The notes below the pieces were generated by a model. That model ran no database searches. It worked only from the letters and a program-made list of their open reading frames with translations, and had not been told where the DNA came from. A stretch of 51,777 bases of DNA from Verrucomicrobiaceae bacterium (GTDB lineage Bacteria > Verrucomicrobiota > Verrucomicrobiia > Chthoniobacterales > Chthoniobacteraceae): assembly GCA_043728745.1 (NCBI GenBank), contig JAYTMG010000772.1:1-51777 (forward strand), given 5' to 3'. The position numbers were made by a program, and so were the translations under genes. The first letter of the stretch is position 1. Each line of letters opens with the position of its first letter. Below, one piece after another: positions 46,801 through 51,777 of the stretch.

Positions 46801-49800
46801 AAGTTCCACCGTGCGGATGATTTCGTTCATCACGTTTTCGGGCGTCGCGACCACGGCGCGAAGCTCGTAATTTCCAGCCGGGAACGCATCGAGAGGCAAG
46901 TTCACCGAGAGTCCGTTGCCCGGGATCACGTCCTCGCCGAGCGAGGTAAATGGCCCGCCGCTCGCCGGGCGGATGAAGAATTCCGCACGCGCGATCCCGT
47001 CTGCATCCACCGCAGTGACGCGTAGCGTTTCGTCGATGTTGCGCAGTTTGAGCCCCGGCAAAATTTCCGCACCGCTCGCAGTGAAAGCCGTGATCACTGG
47101 CGGGAGGCGCAGCAGGTGCGAGACAGGGTCCGCAGGCCAAAAATCCGCGTTACCATCCTGCAACGCCGTCACCGTCACACGCCCGCCGCTTAATGCAATG
47201 AGCGACGCACCGTTCACCGCCGCGAGGCCCGCTGGCACAAGTGTGTAGCGCACCGGGAGTGCGCTGCCCGCGGAGGCGCTCAGCGGCGTGACCACGCCCG
47301 CAGTGGGCTGCGGGAAAGTGATCGTCTGCACCTGCTTGGTCGCTTCGATAGAAGTCACCGCCGGACTGTTGCCGCCGAGATTATTCACCGTCACGACCGC
47401 GTAGTGTTGGCCCGAGACTGCTGCAAATGAGCCGAGCGGCGCTTCCGTCGCGGGGCCCGCCGTGATGCGCGTTGCGGCGCTGATATTCGTGAATGCGGCA
47501 TTTGCGCGATACACTTCGTAGTGCGAGACGAGCGCCGTGGGCTGCGCGGCAGGCCACAACAATACGACCTGCCCGTTGCGAATTGTGAGTTCCAGCGGTG
47601 TGGGGTTTCCCAGCAACGTGGAGCCGATGAGTGTCGCGCCGCTGCTCTCGTTATTAAATGGATCCAGCGTCACGATTCGGAACGTGTAACCAGTCGCTGG
47701 CGTGAGTCCCGTAGCCTCCCATGAAGTCGCCGCAGCGGGCAAATCTACAGGCACCGCCGAGCCGCCAAAATACACGCGATAGCCGCGCAAAAAGCCGCCG
47801 ACACCGGGCGGCGGAGCCCACGAATAGAGAATCGAATTAATCCCACTCACGCCCGCCAAATTCACCACCTCGCCCACGCCGGAAATCGATGCCTGCGCCG
47901 AGAACGAACGCACCACCGGATCGAACCCACCGAGCAAATCTTCCGCGACGACAGCGATGTGGAAAATCCCGCCACCCGTGAGCCCGGAGAGTGTGTAGCG
48001 TTGATTTCCCGCAGGGACAAAGCGCGACGGCGTCAATCCATCCACCGTGCTAAAAAAGCTCGTGCCGACATAGACGCGGTATCGGAAGACGTCGCGTTGC
48101 GCGGTTTCGTTGTAGCTCGTCCAATCCAGCTCCACCGAGCCAAACGCCGTGGTGGAAGTGGTGATGTTGAACCCACTATTGATGCCCGTCACCGGTGCAG
48201 GAATCGCGGCATCGGGAACGAGGATGTCCATTTCCCGCGACACGAGTTCGCGCACATCCGCGACTGGGCGGGGAGCGAAAGGCAGGAGCCGGAACAGCGT
48301 CACTTCATCGATTCCCACGCTCGTATCGCTCGTCGTATTTTGACCAGCAAATGTGACCGTGTGCGCCCCCGAAGCACCGACGGAAAGTGCGACGCTCATT
48401 TCCTTCCACGCCGTATCGCTGGTGGAGAAAGCGGTAGCGACGGGATTGCCGTCCAGTTTTACCACGAACGGATTCACCTGCCCGGCACGCGACGCCGCTT
48501 TCCACGAAAGCCAGTAATCTCCCGCCGCGGGAAAGGTGATGCTCATCGCGATGGAGCTGTCGAGTTGCAGGCTCACGGCTTGCGTTCCTTCGGGCACATT
48601 TGCGTAGCCCCAAGAGCCACCGTTGCGGAATAACGCCGGACCACCGTTCCCAACATTGCCCGCGCCGGTCCAGCCGAACGTCGCGCGCTGAGCCGTGGTC
48701 ATCGAATTCCAGCGGATAAAGTTCGTCGTGGTAAGTGATTCAAAGCTGTGATTTCCGACAGCCACTATGTCGCCGAGCGTTCGCACTAAATCCGGCGGCG
48801 CTTGGCCGATGAAGACGGACAGCTCCCGCGAAATAACCTCGGGCGACAGCACATAAGCGGCGGAGTAATTGACCGCCGGGAGGAAATTCCCGAGCGCATC
48901 GACCGGCACGATTGCAAAGAAATGATCGCGCCCCGCAGTGAGCCCCGCGAGCGAGAGCGACGTAGCCCCGCCGCCCACAGTCGCATACGGCGTCAGCCCC
49001 GCGACGCTCGTGAATGGCCCCGCATCGGAAAGGTAAATATCGAACCTCTGAATATCGCCGATTGCCCACTGATTGTAACCGCTCCAGTCCAGCGTCGCCG
49101 AATCACCAGAAGCACTCGTAGTCACCGAAATATTCGTAATCGCAGGCGGCGCTGCTGCGTTCACGACTGCAATATCCAGCTCTCGCGAAACCACCTGCCT
49201 ATCCGAATCATTGCCGATGGAAATCGACACCTCACGAGAGATCGCCTCTGGCGAAAGAACGTAAGCCGCCGAATACGTCACAAGCGGAATGAAGCGGCCA
49301 AGTGCATCCACGGCGACCACGGCGAAAAATCGATCCCGAAAAGGCACGAGCCCCAGCAACGTGACCGAACTTTCACCACCGCCGACGCTGCGAATAGGAG
49401 TCAGCCCCGTGACATCCGAAAACGGGCCGGTTTCCGACATATATACATCGAACCGCTGTATGTCGCCGACGGCCCATTGATTATACGCGCTCCAATCCAA
49501 CGTCGCCGTATCGCCAATCGCCGAAACCGTCACCGCCAATTCGCTAATCGCCGGAGGCGCAACGTCGCTCACGCGAACGACATCCATTTCCCGCGAAATC
49601 ACCTGCCGGGAATCGAGCCCATTTTCGATAAACAGGGAAATCTCCCGCGAAGCCAATTCCCGCAGCGGCGCGACTTCCGTACCGCCGACATGGATGGAAA
49701 ATTCACGCGAAACGACCTCGCGAATTAACACCTCACCCTGCGCAAAAGCACGCGGCGCGAGCAGCTCGAAAGCCATCGCGACAAACGCCAAAATGCAGAG

Positions 49801-49812
49801 TGGGTGCCTCAT
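37807..49812 (-). CDS. Giant secreted multidomain protein (about 4,000 aa): FN3-like, jelly-roll, Calx-beta, CARDB, a Cys-rich core, Ig-like repeats
   Basis: The ORF 37807..49821 opens with TTG; the first ATG is at 49812. The signal peptide is MRHPLCILAFVAMAFELLAPRAFA|QGE. Domain motifs are listed in the sub-features. The stop overlaps the MauE stop on the other strand. Confidence 0.9.
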   Translation of the reverse strand: MRHPLCILAFVAMAFELLAPRAFAQGEVLIREVVSREFSIHVGGTEVAPLRELASREISLFIENGLDSRQVISREMDVVRVSDVAPPAISELAVTVSAIGDTATLDWSAYNQWAVGDIQRFDVYMSETGPFSDVTGLTPIRSVGGGESSVTLLGLVPFRDRFFAVVAVDALGRFIPLVTYSAAYVLSPEAISREVSISIGNDSDRQVVSRELDIAVVNAAAPPAITNISVTTSASGDSATLDWSGYNQWAIGDIQRFDIYLSDAGPFTSVAGLTPYATVGGGATSLSLAGLTAGRDHFFAIVPVDALGNFLPAVNYSAAYVLSPEVISRELSVFIGQAPPDLVRTLGDIVAVGNHSFESLTTTNFIRWNSMTTAQRATFGWTGAGNVGNGGPALFRNGGSWGYANVPEGTQAVSLQLDSSIAMSITFPAAGDYWLSWKAASRAGQVNPFVVKLDGNPVATAFSTSDTAWKEMSVALSVGASGAHTVTFAGQNTTSDTSVGIDEVTLFRLLPFAPRPVADVRELVSREMDILVPDAAIPAPVTGINSGFNITTSTTAFGSVELDWTSYNETAQRDVFRYRVYVGTSFFSTVDGLTPSRFVPAGNQRYTLSGLTGGGIFHIAVVAEDLLGGFDPVVRSFSAQASISGVGEVVNLAGVSGINSILYSWAPPPGVGGFLRGYRVYFGGSAVPVDLPAAATSWEATGLTPATGYTFRIVTLDPFNNESSGATLIGSTLLGNPTPLELTIRNGQVVLLWPAAQPTALVSHYEVYRANAAFTNISAATRITAGPATEAPLGSFAAVSGQHYAVVTVNNLGGNSPAVTSIEATKQVQTITFPQPTAGVVTPLSASAGSALPVRYTLVPAGLAAVNGASLIALSGGRVTVTALQDGNADFWPADPVSHLLRLPPVITAFTASGAEILPGLKLRNIDETLRVTAVDADGIARAEFFIRPASGGPFTSLGEDVIPGNGLSVNLPLDAFPAGNYELRAVVATPENVMNEIIRTVELQLGPPPAPTITSPLAGAIVNTQTVTISGTTVRGSEVFILRNGTQLAGPILPDASGAFSTSVVLLPGENVFAARAANTAGDGLQSAPRTVTLRSALTVELNAPSLTEGGSATLRVLRNHTQNAITVALSASLPGQLTLPATLTIAAGETEVSVAVGAINDTVAEADKEVTISATSAGYVSGNVALTLVDNDRAIAPDLTVLAITAPAVGLPGQTVQIAWTVKNQGNSPATAWVDQVFLSDDGNIGGDRLLGTSPAAATLAAGETVSRTLSVTVPALSAGARFVVVRVNTGGDIFENETTNNAAIDDAALDVQAALALNLGRLTVVESNGTFSATLTRNGTTTAPLSVTLDATPTGVLQFPTSVEIAAGETTATFTIAPVNDSVVSPTRNVVMTAQAAGYAASTAPLSVTDDEAPALAVEIAPNSVPEDAANPAAMGTVRRNSATTAALTVTLVSSAPTTAGVPQEVIIPAGAESATFPITVQDDEILTGNRTVRISASAAGHAGNSASITLIDEDPPTITLSLSPAAVPENAQAPAGYGTILRQRPATRDIVVRLENSAPALVTMPSQVVIPADALSAIFPFTVLNDTQTNGERSVLITATETDSVIQQPILGQVATATLRVFDDEGPTLELAASADTVVSGQSLNITLARKPGAVGALTVTLASSDALATIPSTVAMADGEATVTFTATAAAGVTASTPITLTATAPGLNAAACAFTITSGAQPDLAVDSISPAAASGAGGTSIAVSWTIANDGTAVVFGNWVDRIFISKERQSATGQAVATQSASGPIAIGEGYTRTAQITLPSAPGLYWLSVQTDSQGEVAEGSEQNNALIAATQIEVLPAYRATVATDVTVASSGTPIALRGRALSAMDQTPVPQVLVSVRVLVSGTRRVFTALTDATGDYLITFRPLATEAGNYSVAADHPGVSEDAVQDSFELVGMTSQPPGITARLAPNQALSGELMLRNISARSLAGISATLQTTAANLTAQIQAPASLAVGEEAVVSYTLTASDASITRIRGKLHFISTEGAVLDVPVDVTVAPLVANLVANPGVLTRGMLRGAQTLMECEIANLGGAASGDLEVLLPTNFPWLTLASLAEIPSLAPGERTKLTLQLLPGATLPLNLYSGSILVRAAQTSVSIPFQFRAISEAVGDVRVDVLDDYTYHVAGAPRVADATVRLRDPFDQSIVVAQGTTAADGSITFSGIREGSYWLEVSADKHSSYRNGLTVNAGTLTRQNVFLDRQTVTYTWVVVPTEIADRYEIQLVATFEVDVPVPVVTMELSQSTIPDLAPGESFQVDMKLTNHGLLAAEQIEVQVPGLDTGYEFVPLVRQFDEIAAKSSVTVPIIVRRPVAGFAQRSVARAAGGPTNCTPFTIVLYSYECGPDRRYHRVGQPFVIQGQACPGAGGGTFNPRPQPGGPGGGTIHVGPGTVTQSECDPCAAIKAKATLDCILGFIPGYDLPKCGYALYNCASDGLDGKVTVPYTCMRAGYDCASAVAGGTPLGPAWAVLDCVVGFGQAYLDCKKVLAGGGGNTRQMSLARFRVSRTEATAVAATGAVPELAEMLEWSARLNDQLDAFAYIFGDRIWLTSTEGVRLKTWLDAFFAATLETSDGTVRVTDSEKAALLAVPLPSDITLAMATKLIERNNRTADYYDRGILKLTDVPAGASIDFYALDVAQEKFGRSIQAQTLSEAQGFESPLAGLVKSVETLRDQGAKQTQGVCARVKIQIDQEAVLTRQAFMGTMEVTNNSETNAMQDVRVVLDIRDSDGNSVNGRFFIKGPEVTGMAGAAGNGVLAPGATGRLQYTFIPTREAAPLEPTVYSFAGTLQFSDGAQQVALPLLPANIVVRPDARLSLKYFLQRDVHSDDPFTDGVEPAEPFSLGLIVTNTGRGTAKNFSITSGQPKIIENEKGLLIDFKIIGTRVGNQELEPTLKVDLGNIEPAGSQVAQFIMECSLQGKFIDYKASFEHASELGGMATSLIDGVEIFELIHPVRADRDDDDDLPDFLTNQVTDPENAPDTLHLSDGSVAVVNLATSPASTGGGFIRQLTLNQPSGWSYVRLPDPGAGLKLIRVVRSDDVDIRVGDNVWQTDRTFPTELSGARRELSLHLFDFDGTGTYTLFYDIAQTPGLLPPAVQIAQLGPVEPGVRNVPLDSVDVVFTRPVDAATFTRDDVTLRRNAGANLVNSGVSVTSLGETAFRIAGLAALTTDDGTYAISVQSGTIADLSGRAGQGSASALWAMSATRLVVVSAGGFGVDAVRKSVTSVDVVFSRAANGGSFTTDDLILTLDGGANLITSAVTITSVAPNVFRVASLGGLTTLPGDYTFAVLADGVNDTDGLAGTGRIEESFSIDSAGPTAEIAAVSPNPRSDAISALTVTFSEPVATNSFGTDDVSLRRNGRVVSLAEASIREVSAGSFAIEGLAAATAAAGDYALSVNTVGVTDRVGNTGSGTATRSWKVQLKRPAAPTKVAVLPDTGASAKDGIVKSRAASIVGRVAVGNSFVRATDLTTGGALGEVAVTTAAFSIPVDLGGAGTHDVAVVVVDAAGNVSEPTMLRVFVDITPPSAFIGEVTPSPREDAVSSLSVSFSENLNVTTFAIADCSLTRDGVAVPLAKAVKLVRANAAQFSIAGLDLLTDDAGVYVFTVNATGVEDIAGNAGNTSATTTWRRLDGEKTRNFASYAGEYLGLLRDAVPTHETSGILSVKLAKTGAFTGTLTRGGKRSTLRGKLDAEGRFAGIVGTYGITLSLEGEFGADAFTGTLNGPGGDTTFITERVIHSKTFPTTLAGAHTLLLAPEGQGGLPSGTGIATLSMTAAGKLKAVGEFADGSKFSQSSSLIGEDAWAFYTMLAKGQGSALAQIYFRDRSALSDLDGSVHWFRPAAATHKVFPHAFETILPLIGSRYTPAPQTFTTLRFSNGGLSEPLALPLTWSPTGVGLFSTPGTLRPKLSLNAKTGIFSGTFLAPSDKAAAKFKGAVFLKQNVGRGYFLRPTNGGTVELLPSN
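38815..40410 (-). other. Four Ig-like repeats of about 95 aa, plus one Big-like domain
   Basis: The four repeats contain VDVVFTRPVDAATFTRDDVTLRRNAGANLV...FRIAGLAALTTDDGTYAISV, VDVVFSRAANGGSFTTDDLILTLDGGANLI...FRVASLGGLTTLPGDYTFAV, LTVTFSEPVATNSFGTDDVSLRRNGRVV...FAIEGLAAATAAAGDYALSV and LSVSFSENLNVTTFAIADCSLTRDGVAV...FSIAGLDLLTDDAGVYVFTV. Confidence 0.6.
42231..42696 (-). other. Cysteine-rich module (12 Cys in about 155 aa) in the centre of the 4,004-aa protein
   Basis: The module reads NCTPFTIVLYSYECGPDRRYHRVGQPFVIQGQACPGAGGG...TQSECDPCAAIKAKATLDCILGFIPGYDLPKCGYALYNCASDGLDGKVTVPYTCMRAGYDCASAV...WAVLDCVVGFGQAYLDCKK. The rest of the protein has only isolated Cys residues. Confidence 0.7.
44290..46520 (-). 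other. Array of about 5 Calx-beta-like and 2 CARDB-like domains
   Basis: A Calx-beta-like example is LTVELNAPSLTEGGSATLRVLRN...ITVALSAS...TLTIAAGETEVSVAVGAINDTVAEADKEVTISA...LTLVDND. The CARDB-like examples are PDLTVLAITAPAVGLPGQTVQIAWTVKNQGNSPA...VDQVFLSDDG and PDLAVDSISPAAASGAGGTSIAVSWTIANDGTAV...WVDRIFISK. Confidence 0.75.
48220..49715 (-). other. N-terminal region with a duplicated FN3-like module, a 'GNHSFE' jelly-roll (DUF642/CBM-like) domain and seven 'SRExS/D' strands
   Basis: The seven strands are VSREFSIHV, ASREISLFI, ISREMDVVRV, ISREVSISI, VSRELDIAVV, ISRELSVFI and VSREMDILV. The two tandem modules are APPAISELAVTVSAIGDTATLDWSAYNQWAVGDIQRFDVYMS... and APPAITNISVTTSASGDSATLDWSGYNQWAIGDIQRFDIYLS.... 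Confidence 0.6.
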
Positions 49813-49837
49813 GCGGTTCAAGAATCGTGCGCCGCCG

Positions 49838-51097
49838 TTACGGGCGGACGACTTTTACCTGTACGGCAGAATAGCCGACATTCACCGGCAGTGTAGCCGT
49901 CCAGCGGACTACGAGTGGCGATGCGCTCACGACGGTATCCACGGCAGCCGCGATCTCCGTAGCATTGCCGCCAGAACGAGGCGTGAGTCGTACCTTCACC
50001 TGCGAAGCCTGTTCGACATTCCGTGTCTCAATGATCATCTGCGTAGAAGTCGTCTCTGGAAGCGCCACATCTGCGCCGCTCGTCCCAAAACTCGCACGGG
50101 GATCGAGCGGAGCAGCAACGCCGCCCACGGAAACAATCTTCACCTCCGGCGCACCAGTCGGCGGCCAAAGCAGTGCGGCGTCGCCCGCGTTCAGGGGCAC
50201 GACGCTCGGGTCTGGTACTACTTGGAGCGTATTTGTATTATTCACGCGCTCAATGCGGATGCGACCGCGACCGCCCGTCGCCCACCCACTACCACCCAGC
50301 GCGTTCAGTCGCCCCGCTCCTTGAAGCGTATCGCACACGACGCGGATGCCGCCACCGCTGCCACCGCCGGTATCTTCGGCTCCATACGATTTCCCGTTTC
50401 CCCCATTGGAACGAATTTCTCCAGTGATAGAAATCGAGCCCGTCGCCGCCAGCAACATCGCGCCTCCGCCAGCACCGCCGCCAAGCCGATCGCTATTAAA
50501 TTCAGGATCTCCAGCGCCACCCGAGCCTCCGATTAGCGGAACCAATGATGGATTTCCGTAAGGTGCTCCGCCTAAAGTTAAGTTACTCCCTTGAGTCCCA
50601 AATCCAGCCGAGTGCCCCGCATTCGATTGCTGCCTACCGCCGCCTACGCCAAATCCCGCGCTTGCTCCCGGCCCCGTCGTATAGCTTGCCGTGCCCCCAC
50701 GAAACCCGCCCGGCCCCGGCTCCGCAAGATTCGGCGCAACTTGTAAGTGGTCCCCATTGAGGCTCACCGTGCCCGTAATCGTCGCATCCCCGCTAACCAG
50801 CCAAACGACCGGCGCACGGCTCGCGTGATTTTTAAATGTGAGCGTTTTCCCTGCCGCAATCGTGACGCTGCTATATTTGAATACCACCGCCCATTTCGAC
50901 GCGTCGTAAACACCCTTTCCAGCATTTGCAGTATTGTCGGAGTCCCACGCACCATTCACCGCCGCCGAGAGGTCAATGACCGTATCCACCGTGATATTGA
51001 GAACCCCATCAGTGCCATTGGCTCCGGGGACGGAAATCGCCGCGCTGGCGGAGATGCTGAGGACTGAAGCGATAAACGAATGTATTAGTGTCTTCAT
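49838..51097 (-). CDS. Secreted Gly-rich beta-helix-like protein (419 aa), first gene of the minus-strand operon
   Basis: ATG at 51097. The signal peptide is MKTLIHSFIASVLSISASA|A. Gly-rich segments include GPGGFRGG, GFGVGGG, GGSGGAGDPE, LGGGAGGGAMLLAATGSISITGEIRSNGGNG, GGGSGGGIRV. The stop lies 16 to 25 nt upstream of the 4,004-aa gene's start. Confidence 0.85.
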   Translation of the reverse strand: MKTLIHSFIASVLSISASAAISVPGANGTDGVLNITVDTVIDLSAAVNGAWDSDNTANAGKGVYDASKWAVVFKYSSVTIAAGKTLTFKNHASRAPVVWLVSGDATITGTVSLNGDHLQVAPNLAEPGPGGFRGGTASYTTGPGASAGFGVGGGRQQSNAGHSAGFGTQGSNLTLGGAPYGNPSLVPLIGGSGGAGDPEFNSDRLGGGAGGGAMLLAATGSISITGEIRSNGGNGKSYGAEDTGGGSGGGIRVVCDTLQGAGRLNALGGSGWATGGRGRIRIERVNNTNTLQVVPDPSVVPLNAGDAALLWPPTGAPEVKIVSVGGVAAPLDPRASFGTSGADVALPETTSTQMIIETRNVEQASQVKVRLTPRSGGNATEIAAAVDTVVSASPLVVRWTATLPVNVGYSAVQVKVVRP

Positions 51098-51380
51098 GAG
51101 TCGCCTGTTATCCCCCTAAATACCCTCGGTCAAGTAGTAAAAAAGACTGTTCTCTGTGTCTTAGCGTCTGATTTGCTTGCGTAGAAAGTGCCAGTGTAAT
51201 GGCTTTTAGTTTTTCGGATGTTCCGGCATGGCAATTTGCATGACCAGGCACTGCGAAAATATGTGTTGCAAATCTCAAATCGGTTTCGAAACCTATCAGT
51301 TTAGCATAGGTGCGACGAGCACTGGCAACGACGAGTCTTGAACTGAATCCAACGGCTGCGAAAACGGCTATCTCCAACAC

Positions 51381-51608
51381 ATGAATCCACCAGCAATCAT
51401 CACTACACGCCGCACGGTGCAGAATACATTGGTAGCAATTTTTGCGCTTTTCTCGCTCTTCGCATACGCTGCGCCGCCTGCGAATAATGAATTCGCAAGC
51501 TCTACGCTGATTTCCGGTGAATCCGGCACGGGGACTGGAACCAATGTTGAAGCAGCAAAACAAGCTGGCGAGCCGGACCACGGGGGCGACCCAGACGGGC
51601 GGGGGTGA
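51381..51608 (+). pseudogene. Truncated N-terminal fragment of a secreted protein (signal peptide plus NxFAxxxxISG...GEPxH module)
   Basis: The fragment reads MNPPAIITTRRTVQNTLVAIFALFSLFAYA|APPANNEFASSTLISGESGTGTGTNVEAAKQAGEPDHGG. This N-terminal module normally precedes large extracellular proteins. Here the frame stops at a TGA (51606..51608) that lies inside repeat copy B. Confidence 0.5.
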
Positions 51609-51691
51609 CCGTTGCGTGATGTAGCACAGTCCGTCCCGGCTGTGGGGCCAGTAGCCGTCCCGGCTGCTGTCGGCCTGTAACGGGCGGGACG
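51605..51691 (+). repeat. Half-copy B of the GC-rich palindromic element (left arm plus core only)
   Basis: Its 87 nt align with 5279..5365 in the same orientation with 2 mismatches (at 51676 and 51678). The right palindrome arm present in copy A is absent; the sequence diverges from 51692. Confidence 0.75.
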
Positions 51692-51777
51692 CCCAATACT
51701 GTTCACTTAGCACACATCCACCACAAAATCCCTTTTTCGCGCGATCGGCGAGTCCCCTCTTTTCCTCACCGGAAATC

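Noticed and set aside
51224-51240. A sigma-54-like promoter cGGCATggcaatTTGCAtg upstream of the truncated ORF at 51381.
   Set aside because: The GG-to-GC spacing is one nucleotide longer than the canonical TGGCAC-N5-TTGC. It is a single weak match with no enhancer-binding protein gene in the window, so it is not supportable from sequence alone.
5271-51691. The two repeat copies read as attL/attR of an integrated 46-kb island carrying the giant genes.
   Set aside because: The element is palindromic and REP-like, not tRNA-derived. Copy B is only a half-element. No intact integrase is present and the putative remnant at 35.5..36.3 kb is very uncertain. The idea is kept only as an alternative to test under the repeat finding.
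51108-51713. Minus-strand ORFs 51108..51713 and 5100..5354, which share the peptide ADSSRDGYWPHSRDGLCYITQRS and could be taken as a conserved small-protein family.
   Set aside because: The shared peptide is simply the translation of the nucleotide repeat (5279..5365 and 51605..51691). The flanking parts of the two ORFs are unrelated and run through A/T-rich promoter-like DNA.

Overview
High-GC bacterial window. The protein families (SBBP beta-propeller repeats, DUF1573, 'LExRI(A/T)' N-termini, Calx-beta/CARDB arrays) suggest a Verrucomicrobiota- or Planctomycetota-like genome; this is inference only. No rRNA, tRNA, CRISPR array or intact transposase or integrase was seen. Most of the window is three surface or secreted-protein loci. 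(1) Plus strand, 5779..35475: one giant gene of about 27.8 kb (about 9,260 codons) with a beta-helix / FG-GAP propeller / RTX-like mosaic. A single 1-nt frame disruption near 10972 splits it into ORFs 5527..11319 and 10952..33556. A 634-aa beta-helix-like partner gene follows 14 nt downstream. (2) Plus strand, 36334..37810: a translationally coupled trio of DUF1573, a Cys-less rhodanese-like protein and MauE/DoxX. (3) Minus strand, 51097..37807: a 419-aa Gly-rich secreted protein followed by a 4,004-aa FN3 / Calx-beta / CARDB / Ig-like protein with a central 12-Cys module. Upstream lie two smaller secreted proteins (193..1065 and the SBBP protein 1729..4596). The intergenic spaces are less GC-rich than the genes. 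They hold structured repeats: a 27-bp-stem hairpin element (1282..1395), an imperfect inverted repeat (4781..4904), and a GC-rich palindromic element (about 5271..5410). An 87-nt half-copy of that palindrome recurs in the same orientation at 51605..51691, where it supplies the stop codon of a truncated signal-peptide ORF. Region 35530..36290 looks like decayed coding sequence. The many long antisense ORFs are treated as high-GC shadow ORFs. All domain calls come from reading motifs by eye and need HMM or BLAST confirmation.
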